Source: an uncultured Bacilli bacterium
Lineage (GTDB): Bacteria; Bacillota_I; Bacilli_A; RF39; UBA660
Direction: 5' to 3'
NCBI GenBank assembly: GCA_947629165.1
Contig: CANRCR010000002.1
Span: 4,845 to 68,844, forward strand
DNA length: 64,000 bases
Positions 1-10,542 of this stretch are shown one piece after another. Each line of letters begins with the position of its first letter. Position 1 is the first letter of the stretch. Made by a program: the position numbers and the translations under genes. The notes under the pieces are model-generated. The model was not told where the DNA came from, did not search any database, and was given only the letters and a program-made list of their open reading frames with translations.

Positions 1-597
1 TCGGGATTACTAAAAACATTAAACGATCCGAATAAACCACACTACACGACCTTTGGCGAAGACATGACCGTCACGATGAATCCTAACTTCCGTATGATAA
101 GTGCAGGAAACACGAATGGCGAAGGAGAAAATGAAGAGTTTTCAGCCCGTGCGAAACTCGATGAAGCAGTTTTGGAACGTATGACACCGATTCGTTTTAC
201 ATACGATAATCAAGTCGAAAAACGCATCTTTAGAGAATATGACAGTTGGTATCAATTGTTTATCAATTTCCGGAAAGCCTGTGATTCGTGGGCCAAAGTT
301 CAAGGAAAAGACAGTGCTGCTGGAATTGGTACGACAAGAGATGCCGAAGCCATTGCCAAATATATTTCGAACAACAGTAAAAGTGTCGATGAAATAATGC
401 GTCAAAAATTTATTCAGACTAAAGATGTCGATTATTTAAGTCACTTAGAAAGAGAATTCCGTAAGTTTTACGATATTACCGGTTCGATTGGAGAATTGAA
501 AGAGCCGAGCAATCTAGCGGGAGCAAGTGAAAAATATCTCGCGAAGAAATTCATTTTAAACTGTCAAAAAGGAAGAAAACAAGAACAAAGTAGGTGA
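1..597 (+). CDS. AAA_5-type ATPase, C-terminal fragment; gene continues upstream of window. Paralog of the 28135..29922 ATPase.
   Basis: Frame 1 is open from nt 1. The translated stretch ANTNGEG...RAKLDEAVLERMTPIRFTYD aligns with ANTYGTGSD...RSALDGASLNRFVPIFIDYD in the 28135 ATPase (sensor-2-like region). Confidence 0.55.
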   Translation, partial: SGLLKTLNDPNKPHYTTFGEDMTVTMNPNFRMISAGNTNGEGENEEFSARAKLDEAVLERMTPIRFTYDNQVEKRIFREYDSWYQLFINFRKACDSWAKVQGKDSAAGIGTTRDAEAIAKYISNNSKSVDEIMRQKFIQTKDVDYLSHLEREFRKFYDITGSIGELKEPSNLAGASEKYLAKKFILNCQKGRKQEQSR

Positions 598-601
598 GAA
601 G

Positions 602-1555
602 ATGGGCAAATATCCAAATAATCATTTAACGCATGAAGATTGTATTTTTCCTCCGTATCAGATAACGGTAGGAGGTAAAATTTATCAATTGTATTTATCT
701 CGTTTTAATTCCCTTAATGCCCTTTACGAATATCTAAAAAGTGATCCTCCTACTAATCGAATGGCCTTTCATTCTTTAGCGAGTGAAACGAACGATTTTA
801 ATCATTCTGGAAAAAGTTATAGAGAAGCCGTCGAAGATTTAGTCCGTCCTTTCGATGAAGAATATCAAGAATTCTTAAGTATTCAAAAAAAATTAGGAAC
901 CGCTAAATTACAAAAGATTCATAAGTATGAAACTGTAAAAACCGTTACGGGAGGACATTTAATCATTCCGGATTATATCGCTGGAGCACCGCTTTGTTAC
1001 GAGTCGGAAGAACGCATACAAAAAGCCAAATTTGTGAAAGTAAATGCCACTTTATCGTACCACGCCGCAACCACCAAAAAACAGTTATTTAATCGCACAA
1101 TTATCATGGCAAACTTGATTCAAGCCCTCGAAAAAAGTGGATACAATGTCGATTTTAATACTTTTGAATTTAGTCGTCATAGTGATGAACTTTCTTATAC
1201 TATTATAAAAATAAAGAAACATGGTGGAAGAACGAATATGGAAGCACTTTATCAAACTTCTTGTAAAGTTGAATTTTTAAGAAGAATCCTCTTCCGTGTT
1301 TTAGAAACCTTAGATGTCGAGACCTATTGGGGAAGTACTTACGGTTCGGTCTGCTCTCAAGAATTTGTTCGAGAAGCGCTTAAGTTTGATAAAAAAGATA
1401 TCTATTTCGATCAACCTTCGAGTATGGGAATCCAAGGAAACGATTTAATAGGTGACTTTAATCGAGCTATGGAACACCTCCATTTAGATAATATTGTTGA
1501 TATGGAACGTACGCGAGACCAAATCGAAAAAAATTATAAATTATTACAAAAATAA
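602..1555 (+). CDS. Hypothetical protein, partner of the AAA_5 ATPase; paralog of 29931..30830.
   Basis: Starts 5 nt after the ATPase stop. Shares blocks with the 29931 protein: GxPxCxxSxxxxxKxxxV; ANLIQALEKSGYNVDFNTFEF versus LNLIEYLEKQGYHVNLFTYDF; and C-terminal LRRxLFR. Confidence 0.55.
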   Translation: MGKYPNNHLTHEDCIFPPYQITVGGKIYQLYLSRFNSLNALYEYLKSDPPTNRMAFHSLASETNDFNHSGKSYREAVEDLVRPFDEEYQEFLSIQKKLGTAKLQKIHKYETVKTVTGGHLIIPDYIAGAPLCYESEERIQKAKFVKVNATLSYHAATTKKQLFNRTIIMANLIQALEKSGYNVDFNTFEFSRHSDELSYTIIKIKKHGGRTNMEALYQTSCKVEFLRRILFRVLETLDVETYWGSTYGSVCSQEFVREALKFDKKDIYFDQPSSMGIQGNDLIGDFNRAMEHLHLDNIVDMERTRDQIEKNYKLLQK

Positions 1556-1556
1556 A

Positions 1557-1588
1557 ATATCCACAGCTTTTGTGGATATTTTATTTTC
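1557..1588. terminator. Bidirectional intrinsic terminator between convergent genes.
   Basis: Stem ATATCCACA, loop GCTTT, stem TGTGGATAT, flanked by A-run upstream and T-run downstream. Confidence 0.7.
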
Positions 1589-2420
1589 TTTTTTGTTTCA
1601 CTTTTTCTTCTTTTCTTTTTAGATCGATATAAGATTGAATTAAAGATGTATCATTTAAGCAATGAGAATTCACTTTTCGTATTTCTGGGTCGATATCTTC
1701 CGCTTCTTCATACTTTTCACAAAGATCATCGATTAAAAGATGATAATACTTAAAAGGAACATTTTTAGTTTGAGAACTTAATAAAAGAAAGGCCGCTAAA
1801 TTATCCTGAAAATAATGAACATGACTTTCTTCTCTTGTCTTTTTAAAAAGATGTGCTACCCGGTACATAGCATCATAATTGATACAGTAAAAGGCACCTA
1901 ATCCTGGATTTAAAGTTTTTAACATCTCAAAGTCTGATAAACCGATAAGATCATCTTGGATATATTCTCGAAAAGAGGTAATCATCGAAGTTGAAAAATC
2001 AAGGGAATGCGTATGATCAAAATGATACGGTTTTACATAATCTTGAGAGAGAAAGTTAAGTAAATCACAAATCGAATAAAGCGGATCAGTAGAGGTATTA
2101 TTTTTAACAATTTCAATAAAATGAACTAAAACAGGGGAATTTAAATCAAAATGGGCAAGCGATTTCTTTAATAATTCTTGATAAGAGGCCATATTTAAAC
2201 GGTCTATTTCTTGTCTTTTAACACAATCACTGATGGTCACTAAATCGTGTTGAGAAACGGCCAATGAAAAAATAATATTTCTTAGCGACCGATTGTACTG
2301 TGTTTGATAAACAATTTCCCGCAGGATTTTATGATACGGTTCTAAATTCCCAGGAAGTATTTCCTCGGTAGGAATTAGATAAAATAATTCCGGTAAATAT
2401 TTATTACTTAAATAATCCAT
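1581..2420 (-). CDS. Hypothetical protein (279 aa).
   Basis: Long minus-strand ORF convergent with 602..1555; no recognisable motifs. Confidence 0.5.
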   Translation of the reverse strand: MDYLSNKYLPELFYLIPTEEILPGNLEPYHKILREIVYQTQYNRSLRNIIFSLAVSQHDLVTISDCVKRQEIDRLNMASYQELLKKSLAHFDLNSPVLVHFIEIVKNNTSTDPLYSICDLLNFLSQDYVKPYHFDHTHSLDFSTSMITSFREYIQDDLIGLSDFEMLKTLNPGLGAFYCINYDAMYRVAHLFKKTREESHVHYFQDNLAAFLLLSSQTKNVPFKYYHLLIDDLCEKYEEAEDIDPEIRKVNSHCLNDTSLIQSYIDLKRKEEKVKQKRK

Positions 2421-2480
2421 AGGCGCCTCCTTTTCGTATTATTATAACACAAAAAAGATATGGTATAATATATTTAGAAA

Positions 2481-3029
2481 ATGAGGAAAAATAAAATGGA
2501 AAAAACAAAGCATCTTAATAAAAAAGAAGAACAAATTAGAAAAAAAACTTATCGTTATCTTCTTAAACAAAACACTCCTGATATCGATCAAAAAATGGCA
2601 TTAATCGATCAATTACTTCATCTAGAAAAAAGAGAACGATACCGTTATCTCTACGACTTAATTTGTGACTATTTTGATCAAGAATTTAAAGAAAAAAATA
2701 TTTGTGCTTTTTCTTGTGGTATTTGTAAAAGAAGACAAAGTATGATTGATCAAGGAACCATCAAAGATACCTATCAAAATGGCTGTTGCTACAGTTACCG
2801 CAAAAAAGAACTTTGTAAATACTATGTTGAAGGAAAAGGATGTGCTATAAAAAATATTGCCTGTAAGGTATATACCTGTCATTATTTAAGAAAAAGAGGT
2901 TATCATTACCATGTGAAAGATCTTTACTTTGCTCGTTATTTTTTTAATAAAAAACAATTTTTCTATATGGAGAACACCTTTTTTCAAGATAAAACAATCG
3001 TTCTAAACGGAATTTTAGAAAGAGAATAA
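2481..3029 (+). CDS. Cys-rich hypothetical protein, possible metal/Fe-S binding (YkgJ-like?).
   Basis: Lys-rich N-terminus; cluster CAFSCGICK...NGCCYSY...CKYY...GCAIKNIACKVYTCHY. Confidence 0.4.
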   Translation: MRKNKMEKTKHLNKKEEQIRKKTYRYLLKQNTPDIDQKMALIDQLLHLEKRERYRYLYDLICDYFDQEFKEKNICAFSCGICKRRQSMIDQGTIKDTYQNGCCYSYRKKELCKYYVEGKGCAIKNIACKVYTCHYLRKRGYHYHVKDLYFARYFFNKKQFFYMENTFFQDKTIVLNGILERE

Positions 3030-3121
3030 TTTTTTGAACGTAAATCCATTGTTGAAAAGTACTTTTTTTGATATAATAACGCTAGTAATAGATTGTAGAA
3101 AGTAGTGAAAGGAGTAGTGCT

Positions 3122-3643
3122 ATGGATAAAATAATTGGTTACCAAATTGCGCTTACTTCCCATAGTGGATTGTCGGAATCATCTACCATTGCGGAAAAGA
3201 ACCAAGCTTTACTAGATCCTACGAATCAACAAGCCATTATTGTGCAATATGAAAATGGAAAAGAAGGTTATTTTCGCTCGGTTCAAGAATTACAAAAAGC
3301 GTTAAATGATTATACCCAAGAAGATTTTGAACGTTTAAGAGAACATCAACCACTTATTTTAATAATGACCGACGAAGAGACAAAAATACTCGATCAAAAG
3401 AAAGCGATGGGAACGTTAACAGTAAATACACCTATTTTTGAAGAACTTAATACCCTTTCTCCGGCGGCTCGTGTTTTTCAAAGAATGTACGCTTTAATGA
3501 AAGAACAACTAAAGACTCCGCAACCGGTCATTATCGATTATTTAGAACCTGAAGACCAAGATTTTCCAGATTTAAAGAGAGAAGTAAGACGTTATTTTCA
3601 TCCTGGACCACCAAAAAAAGCACTCGATATAGAAGAACTATAA
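3122..3643 (+). CDS. Hypothetical protein (173 aa).
   Basis: ORF with RBS GAAAGGAG upstream, followed by hairpin terminator. Confidence 0.45.
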   Translation: MDKIIGYQIALTSHSGLSESSTIAEKNQALLDPTNQQAIIVQYENGKEGYFRSVQELQKALNDYTQEDFERLREHQPLILIMTDEETKILDQKKAMGTLTVNTPIFEELNTLSPAARVFQRMYALMKEQLKTPQPVIIDYLEPEDQDFPDLKREVRRYFHPGPPKKALDIEEL

Positions 3644-3645
3644 AA

Positions 3646-3680
3646 ACAAGTAAATATAATAAACTTGTTTTTTTAATTGC
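3646..3680 (+). terminator. Intrinsic terminator.
   Basis: AACAAGT ... ACTTGTT stem followed by TTTTTTT. Confidence 0.6.
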
Positions 3681-3915
3681 CTTTTAGTCGACATAATAAA
3701 AAGATATAGATAAAACTGCAAAGTTGAAATATTCCATCGAAAGATAATACAAGGAGATGTTCCAGATCAATTAGTAGAAAAACTAGTTTATTTATGGAGT
3801 AGTTCCCAAGAAGAAAAATAATTTTTAAAAAGGACAAGGAAGAAAGGTATCTTCCTTGTTTTGTCTATAAAAGCGTGTTAAAATAGAAGAGAATTTAGGT
3901 GCAAGGAGGGATAAA

Positions 3916-5868
3916 ATGTTTCAATTAGTATCGAAATATCAACCGAATGGCGATCAACCGAAAGCGATCGATGAATTGGTGGATGGTATTAATGAAGGAA
4001 AGAAATATCAAGTTTTACTTGGAGCGACGGGAACCGGTAAAACATTTACGATTGCAAACGTTATTCAAAGAGTCAACAAACCGACTTTGGTCCTTGCACA
4101 CAATAAAACATTAGCAGGACAACTTTATGGCGAATTAAAAGAACTATTTCCCAATAACCATGTCTGTTATTTCGTCTCTTATTACGACTATTATCAACCC
4201 GAAGCTTATGTTCCATCGACCGATACCTATATTGAAAAAGATTCTTCTATTAACGATGAAATTGATGAATTACGGCACATGGCAACATCAGCTCTACTTA
4301 CTTATGATGATGTGATTGTAGTCGCAAGTGTCTCTTGTATTTATGGTATAGGAGAAGTAGAAGAATACCGCAATAAAATGCTTACATTAACGGTAGGAGA
4401 TACCATCGACCGAAATGTGGTCTTAACAAAATTAGTCGAAATGCTATACGAGCGAAATGATTATGACTTTAAAAGAGGTAGCTTTCGTGTAAGAGGAGAC
4501 GTTTTAGAAATAATTCCTACCAACGAAAGTAGCAAAGGTCTACGAATTGAATTTTTTGGCGATGAAGTAGATCGTATCAGTGAAGTTGATACGTTAACGG
4601 GAGCTATTTTAACAAATAAAAAAACAGTGAGCATTTTTCCAGCTAGTCACTTTGTAACGAGTGATGAAAAATTAAAGGCCGCCATTAAAACTATCCGTGA
4701 AGAGTTAACAGATCGGCTTGCTTATTTTAAAGAAAATAATAAACTACTCGAAGCAGAACGATTAGAACAACGTACGAATTACGATTTAGAAATGTTAGAA
4801 GAGACGGGTTTCTGTCATGGAATTGAAAACTATTCACGACATATGGCAGGGCGAAAAGAAGGCGAGACTCCGACGACATTAATGGATTTCTTTCCGAAAG
4901 ATTTCCTAATGGTAATCGATGAATCCCATGTAACGGTTCCTCAAGTAAGAGGAATGTATAATGGCGACCGAGCTCGTAAAATGAATCTCGTCGAATATGG
5001 CTTCCGTCTTCCGAGTGCCCTTGATAATCGTCCTTTAAAGTTCGACGAGTTTGAACAAAAACAAAATCAAGTAATTTATGTTTCGGCAACTCCGGGTGAT
5101 TACGAACTTGCTTTAACGAAAGGAAAATTTACAGAACAGATTATTCGTCCGACGGGATTACTCGATCCTTTAATCGAAGTACGTCCTTCCGAAGGTCAAA
5201 TCGATGATTTAATTGGCGAGATTAAAGACCGAATCGAAAAGAATGAACGAACTTTAATTACCACTTTAACAATTCGTATGGCCGAAGAATTAACGGCTTA
5301 CTTAAAAGAATTAGATATTAAAGTAGCCTATCTTCATACCGAGGTAAAAACCCTAGAAAGATTACAAATTATTCGCGATTTACGATTGGGTAAATATGAT
5401 TGTGTTGTTGGAATTAACCTATTAAGAGAAGGAATCGATATTCCAGAAGTAAGTTTAATTGCCATCCTCGATGCGGATAAAGAAGGTTTCTTACGAAGTG
5501 GTAGAAGTCTCATTCAAACGATAGGACGTTGTGCCCGTAATGCGCATGGAAAATGTATTCTTTATGCGGATAAAATGACTGATAGTATGGATTATGCTAT
5601 TACGGAAACTAAACGTCGTCGTAGTATTCAAGAAGCCTATAACCAAGCACATGGTATTACGCCAACGACGATTACGAAAGAAATTCATGAATTAATTAGC
5701 AATGTGGATCACGGAAACGAAAAGAAGAAGAAAGAAAAAGTAAATAAACAAGATCGAGAGTTAATGATCGATCGAATTGAGCAAGAGATGCGTGCTGCAG
5801 CCAAGAATTTAGATTTTGAAAGAGCCATGGAGTTACGTGATTTACTGTTCGAATTAAAAAGTGAGTAA
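3916..5868 (+). CDS. uvrB: Excinuclease ABC subunit B.
   Basis: Walker [11 protein letters not shown], helicase motifs, C-terminal UVR domain ([16 protein letters not shown]). Confidence 0.95.
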   Translation: MFQLVSKYQPNGDQPKAIDELVDGINEGKKYQVLLGATGTGKTFTIANVIQRVNKPTLVLAHNKTLAGQLYGELKELFPNNHVCYFVSYYDYYQPEAYVPSTDTYIEKDSSINDEIDELRHMATSALLTYDDVIVVASVSCIYGIGEVEEYRNKMLTLTVGDTIDRNVVLTKLVEMLYERNDYDFKRGSFRVRGDVLEIIPTNESSKGLRIEFFGDEVDRISEVDTLTGAILTNKKTVSIFPASHFVTSDEKLKAAIKTIREELTDRLAYFKENNKLLEAERLEQRTNYDLEMLEETGFCHGIENYSRHMAGRKEGETPTTLMDFFPKDFLMVIDESHVTVPQVRGMYNGDRARKMNLVEYGFRLPSALDNRPLKFDEFEQKQNQVIYVSATPGDYELALTKGKFTEQIIRPTGLLDPLIEVRPSEGQIDDLIGEIKDRIEKNERTLITTLTIRMAEELTAYLKELDIKVAYLHTEVKTLERLQIIRDLRLGKYDCVVGINLLREGIDIPEVSLIAILDADKEGFLRSGRSLIQTIGRCARNAHGKCILYADKMTDSMDYAITETKRRRSIQEAYNQAHGITPTTITKEIHELISNVDHGNEKKKKEKVNKQDRELMIDRIEQEMRAAAKNLDFERAMELRDLLFELKSE

Positions 5869-5873
5869 TTTTT

Positions 5874-6704
5874 ATGAAGTTTAAAAGAATTTATGTTGAA
5901 ATTACTAATCGTTGTAATTTAAATTGTTCTTTTTGTGCAAAGTCAAAACGTCCTTTAAAAGAAATGACTGTGGAAGAATTCCAAACAGTATTAAACGAAA
6001 TAAAGCCCTTTACCAATCATATTTATCTCCATGTAAAAGGAGAACCGTTACTACATCCATACCTCGATCAGATTCTTTCTTGCTGCGATGAAAAAAACAT
6101 GAAAGTAAGCATTACGACGAATGGAACTTTACTTGCAACGCAAGGTCCGAAATTAAAAAATCATCCTTGTTTAACTCATCTTTATATCTCTTTGCACTGT
6201 GAACAAAAAGATCCTGCTTATTTAACTAAAATCTTTCAAACCGTTGACTCATTGCCCGAAAAAATAACAATCATCTATCGTTTTTGGACATTAAAAGACG
6301 GAGAAAATAATTCAAAAATAGTAGATATCGTAGAAAAAATGAAAGAACATTACAAATTAGAGAACGAATTTGTGGAAGAAGTAAAAACACATCAAAATGT
6401 TAAAATAAATGCCCATTGTTACATCGATAAGGCAAAACGCTTTGAATGGCCGGATGAAAAAGGAGAAAATTCTACCGAAGGATACTGCTTCGGAGGAAAA
6501 AGTCACATTGCAATTCTCTCCGATGGAAGTGTAGTACCTTGTTGTTTAGATGGAGAAGGAGTTATTAATTTAGGAAACATTTTTAAAACACCGCTTGTAA
6601 AAATACTTTCCAGTGAACGTTTTCTAAAATTAAGAAAAGGTTTTGAACAAAGAAAAATAACGGAAACTTTATGCTTAAAATGTACTTATAAGAATCGTTT
6701 TTAG
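5874..6704 (+). CDS. Radical SAM / SPASM-domain protein (276 aa).
   Basis: CNLNCSFC (Cx3Cx2C) near N-terminus. C-terminal Cys cluster CFGGKSH...VVPCCLDGEG...LCLKC typical of SPASM/twitch auxiliary clusters. Confidence 0.8.
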   Translation: MKFKRIYVEITNRCNLNCSFCAKSKRPLKEMTVEEFQTVLNEIKPFTNHIYLHVKGEPLLHPYLDQILSCCDEKNMKVSITTNGTLLATQGPKLKNHPCLTHLYISLHCEQKDPAYLTKIFQTVDSLPEKITIIYRFWTLKDGENNSKIVDIVEKMKEHYKLENEFVEEVKTHQNVKINAHCYIDKAKRFEWPDEKGENSTEGYCFGGKSHIAILSDGSVVPCCLDGEGVINLGNIFKTPLVKILSSERFLKLRKGFEQRKITETLCLKCTYKNRF

Positions 6705-6718
6705 AAAAGAGGAGTTAT

Positions 6719-7090
6719 ATGAAGAAAAATGGAATCGTGGAACTTGCATTAATAGGCGTAATTCTTATTTTATTAGGAAGTGTACTTTATATAAGAAATC
6801 AAAATAATCCACCCGTAGAAGAACAAAAACAAGAAGAAGATCCGTATTTAAAATTAGAACAAGAATTAAAAGAAGAAGAGTTATGTCCTTTCATGAAAGA
6901 AATTTATTTAGAGAAAAAACCAACGACCGATCAAGGAATGCTTTATTGTCAGTTTGAAGACCATAATGGAAAGACTATTTATCAAGTAGTAATTAAAGGA
7001 ACCAATGCAGTAATGCCATTAGAAACAGTTCAAATTGATCGCGAAGAACTTTTTCAAAGAATCTTAGAAAAAAAGAAAGAGACGAATTAA
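6719..7090 (+). CDS. Membrane-anchored hypothetical protein (N-terminal TM helix).
   Basis: Hydrophobic segment IVELALIGVILILLGSVLYI followed by a charged soluble region with two Cys. Confidence 0.5.
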   Translation: MKKNGIVELALIGVILILLGSVLYIRNQNNPPVEEQKQEEDPYLKLEQELKEEELCPFMKEIYLEKKPTTDQGMLYCQFEDHNGKTIYQVVIKGTNAVMPLETVQIDREELFQRILEKKKETN

Positions 7091-7182
7091 AAAGCAAGGA
7101 ATTGCTTTTTTTGTGTGGACAAAAGTAAAAAAGTATGCTATAGTAAAAGACTCTGTATAAGAGATGTTTAGGGGGAATCCGT

Positions 7183-7611
7183 ATGACAAAAAGAAGATAT
7201 CAAATTAAAGAACTTTACCTCGGATGGATTGAATACATGGAAGAGGAAATGGAAGATAAAGTAATTGCCTTTCAAGAAGTGAAAGATAAATTTCATCCGA
7301 CACCTATCTATGTTCCCGTTCGTACGAATGTAGGATATCATTATATAAAAACGATGAAACCCTTAAGTGAAACTATCGAAGCTAATAAAAGAGGGAAATG
7401 GATTACGATTCGTGAACTCGATCAAGTTTTACAAAAAGTAAATCAAAATAAAGAAGCAACCTTTATCGTCGTAAGAGAAGAAACTAAACCGGAACCTACC
7501 CTTGAACCAACCGATACCAAACAGTATCTATTCGAAGAAGAAAGAGAAAAACCAAAAGAGAAACCAAAAGTAATGCGTTATCAAGCCAGAAGAAATCGTT
7601 TTATAGCCTAA
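7183..7611 (+). CDS. Hypothetical protein (142 aa).
   Basis: ORF with RBS GGGGGAAT and an upstream extended -10 (TGCTATAGT). Confidence 0.45.
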   Translation: MTKRRYQIKELYLGWIEYMEEEMEDKVIAFQEVKDKFHPTPIYVPVRTNVGYHYIKTMKPLSETIEANKRGKWITIRELDQVLQKVNQNKEATFIVVREETKPEPTLEPTDTKQYLFEEEREKPKEKPKVMRYQARRNRFIA

Positions 7612-7725
7612 CACGTCAAGTGTTTTTCTTTTTGAAAAGAATTACAAACAATAGTTCGATATGATATACTAAAAAAGAAACCACAAAACAAAAGAAAGTG
7701 GTATAATAGAGAACAGGTGATTTAA

Positions 7726-10533
7726 ATGGATAAAATCATAGTAAAAGGAGCTCGTGAAAACAATCTAAAAAATGTGGATATAGAGTTACCAAAGAATAAA
7801 TTAATTGTGATGACCGGAGTATCGGGAAGTGGAAAAAGTAGTTTAGCTTTTGATACGATTTATGCCGAAGGACAACGTCGTTATGTCGAAAGTTTATCTG
7901 CCTATGCGAGACAGTTTTTAGGGGGCACGGAAAAACCGGATGTCGATTCGATTGAAGGATTGTCACCTTCGATTAGTATCGATCAAAAGACGACTTCGAA
8001 GAACCCACGTTCGACCGTGGGAACAGTGACTGAGATTTATGATTATCTTCGTCTTTTGTTTGCTCGAATTGGAACCCCTTTCTGTCCAAATCATCATATT
8101 CCAATTACTTCTCAAAGCGTCGATGAAATTGTAAATAAGATTATGGAACGTGAAGTAGGAACAAAGTTAATTGTTTTATCACCGGTAGTGCATGGCGAAA
8201 AAGGAACGCATAAAGATCTTTTAGAAACTTTACGCAGTGAAGGATATATCCGAGTACGTATCAATGGCGAAATGATCGATTTAAGCGAAGAGGTCACTTT
8301 AGAGAAAAATAAAAAAGATAATATTGATGTCGTAATCGACCGAATTGTTCTAAAAGAAGATAGTCGTATGCGTTTAGCCGAATCAGTCGAAAATGCAATT
8401 AAACTTTCAAAAGGGAAAGTCGTAATCGATTTTGTCGGTGATAAAGAAGTGGTCTTTTCTGAAAACTTTGCTTGTCCATACTGTGATTTTTCTTTACCGG
8501 AATTAGAACCACGGATGTTTAGTTTTAATGCTCCTTTTGGTGCTTGTCCCGATTGTAAAGGACTCGGTGTGAAACTAAAAATGGATCCCGATTTAGTGGT
8601 ACCGGATGGTTCCAAGTCTTTAAATAAAGGAGCTATCAAGACATTGACGGATGATCCAGAAGCACTCGATTTTAAACGACTAGAATGTCTTTGCAAACAT
8701 TATAAAATCGATATGAATAAAGCCTTTGATAAACTTCCTTCAAAACAACAAGAATATATTCTATACGGAAGTGATGAACCGATTCATTTCCGTTATAATT
8801 CAAAAAGTGGAAACCTTTATAACAGTACAGATTACTACGAAGGTATTATTAATAACTTGGAACGAAGATATATGGAAACTTCTTCGACTTGGATTCGCGA
8901 ATGGTTAGAAAACTACATGATTGAAAATGTTTGTGAAACTTGTCACGGTTCGAGATTGAAAGATGATGTCTTATCCGTTTTAGTGGGTGGAAAAAACATC
9001 TACGAAGTAACGTGTATGAGTATTAAAGACTTAAATCATTTTTTCGATCATTTAAAATTAACGCCTTCGCAAAAAGAGATCGCAGATCTTCTAATTAAAG
9101 AAATAAAATCGCGTCTTGAATTCTTATCAAATGTAGGACTCGAATATTTAACACTCAGTCGTTCTGCTGGAACGCTTTCAGGGGGAGAAGCACAACGAAT
9201 CCGATTAGCAACTCAAATTGGCTCGAAGTTAACAGGTGTGCTCTATGTCCTCGACGAACCATCGATTGGACTTCATCAACGAGATAATGAAAAATTAATC
9301 GCTTCCTTAAAAGAAATGCGTGATTTAGGGAATACATTAATTGTAGTCGAACACGATACCGACACGATGTTAGCGAGTGACTATTTAGTCGATGTGGGTC
9401 CGGGTGCTGGAGAATACGGAGGCGAAATTGTTGCCAAAGGAACACCTGAAGAAGTGATGCAAAACGAAAATAGTATTACCGGAAGATACTTATCGGGAAA
9501 AGAAAAGATTGAAGTTCCTTCAAAAAGAAGAAAAGGAACAGGAAAGAAGATTGAAATTAAAGGAGCCGAAGAGAACAACCTTAAAAAAATTGATGTTACG
9601 ATTCCCCTTGGCACCATCACTTGTGTAACCGGTGTATCGGGAAGTGGAAAAAGTAGTCTAATCACGGAAGTACTTTGCAAAGCGACTAAAGTAAAAGTAT
9701 ATAAATCGAAAATTAAACCAGGTAAATACAAATCGATTAAAGGATTGGAAAATATTGATAAAATTGTTGAAATTACACAAAATCCAATCGGTAGAACCCC
9801 ACGCAGTAACCCCGCTACCTATACGGGCGTATTTGATGAAATAAGAGATCTTTTTACAAATACGAAAGAAGCAAAAATGTTAGGCTATGGAAAAGATCGT
9901 TTCTCTTTTAATGTAAAAGGAGGAAGATGTGAAGCCTGTCATGGAGATGGCGTTAAAAAAATCGAAATGCACTTTTTACCGGATGTTTATATTCCTTGTG
10001 AAGTGTGTCATGGAACAAGATATAACCAAGAGACCCTATCGATTAAATATAAAGGAAAAAATATTGCCGATGTCCTCGATCTCCGTGTTACGGAAGCCCT
10101 TAAATTCTTTGAAAATGTACCTCGAATTAAAAATAAATTACAAGTACTAGAAGATGTTGGAATTGGATATATTAAATTAGGACAAAGTGCTACGACATTG
10201 TCTGGAGGAGAAGCTGGACGAGTAAAACTTGCAAAAGAGTTACAAAAACGGCCTACCGGAAAATCACTCTTTGTTTTGGATGAGCCGACGACTGGATTAC
10301 ATTCGGAAGACATTAAAAGATTACTTGCAATATTTGAGAAAATAGTAGATAATAAAGATACAGTAGTCATCATTGAACACAACCTCGATGTTATCAAAGT
10401 AGCCGATTATATTATCGACTTAGGTCCAGAAGGGGGAGACGGAGGAGGAACCGTCGTAACGACCGGTACTCCTGAACAAGTAAGTAAAGTAAAAGAATCT
10501 TATACAGGACAATTCCTAAAGAAAGTGCTATAG
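7726..10533 (+). CDS. uvrA: Excinuclease ABC subunit A.
   Basis: Two ABC modules (GVSGSGKSSL twice, LSGGE signatures) and zinc-finger Cys pairs; 935 aa. Confidence 0.95.
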   Translation: MDKIIVKGARENNLKNVDIELPKNKLIVMTGVSGSGKSSLAFDTIYAEGQRRYVESLSAYARQFLGGTEKPDVDSIEGLSPSISIDQKTTSKNPRSTVGTVTEIYDYLRLLFARIGTPFCPNHHIPITSQSVDEIVNKIMEREVGTKLIVLSPVVHGEKGTHKDLLETLRSEGYIRVRINGEMIDLSEEVTLEKNKKDNIDVVIDRIVLKEDSRMRLAESVENAIKLSKGKVVIDFVGDKEVVFSENFACPYCDFSLPELEPRMFSFNAPFGACPDCKGLGVKLKMDPDLVVPDGSKSLNKGAIKTLTDDPEALDFKRLECLCKHYKIDMNKAFDKLPSKQQEYILYGSDEPIHFRYNSKSGNLYNSTDYYEGIINNLERRYMETSSTWIREWLENYMIENVCETCHGSRLKDDVLSVLVGGKNIYEVTCMSIKDLNHFFDHLKLTPSQKEIADLLIKEIKSRLEFLSNVGLEYLTLSRSAGTLSGGEAQRIRLATQIGSKLTGVLYVLDEPSIGLHQRDNEKLIASLKEMRDLGNTLIVVEHDTDTMLASDYLVDVGPGAGEYGGEIVAKGTPEEVMQNENSITGRYLSGKEKIEVPSKRRKGTGKKIEIKGAEENNLKKIDVTIPLGTITCVTGVSGSGKSSLITEVLCKATKVKVYKSKIKPGKYKSIKGLENIDKIVEITQNPIGRTPRSNPATYTGVFDEIRDLFTNTKEAKMLGYGKDRFSFNVKGGRCEACHGDGVKKIEMHFLPDVYIPCEVCHGTRYNQETLSIKYKGKNIADVLDLRVTEALKFFENVPRIKNKLQVLEDVGIGYIKLGQSATTLSGGEAGRVKLAKELQKRPTGKSLFVLDEPTTGLHSEDIKRLLAIFEKIVDNKDTVVIIEHNLDVIKVADYIIDLGPEGGDGGGTVVTTGTPEQVSKVKESYTGQFLKKVL

Positions 10534-10542
10534 GTGAGAAAC

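Noticed and set aside
7612-7725. LexA box upstream of uvrA.
   Set aside because: No GAAC-N4-GTTC-like palindrome was found; only ordinary promoter hexamers (TGGTATAAT).
8112-8696. 194-aa minus-strand ORF inside uvrA, and similar antisense ORFs such as 45563..46042 in rplF, 9381..9731, 21273..21641 and 4727..5089.
   Set aside because: They lie entirely within well-conserved coding regions on the opposite strand and have no RBS and low-complexity translations. They are typical shadow ORFs of AT-rich genomes.
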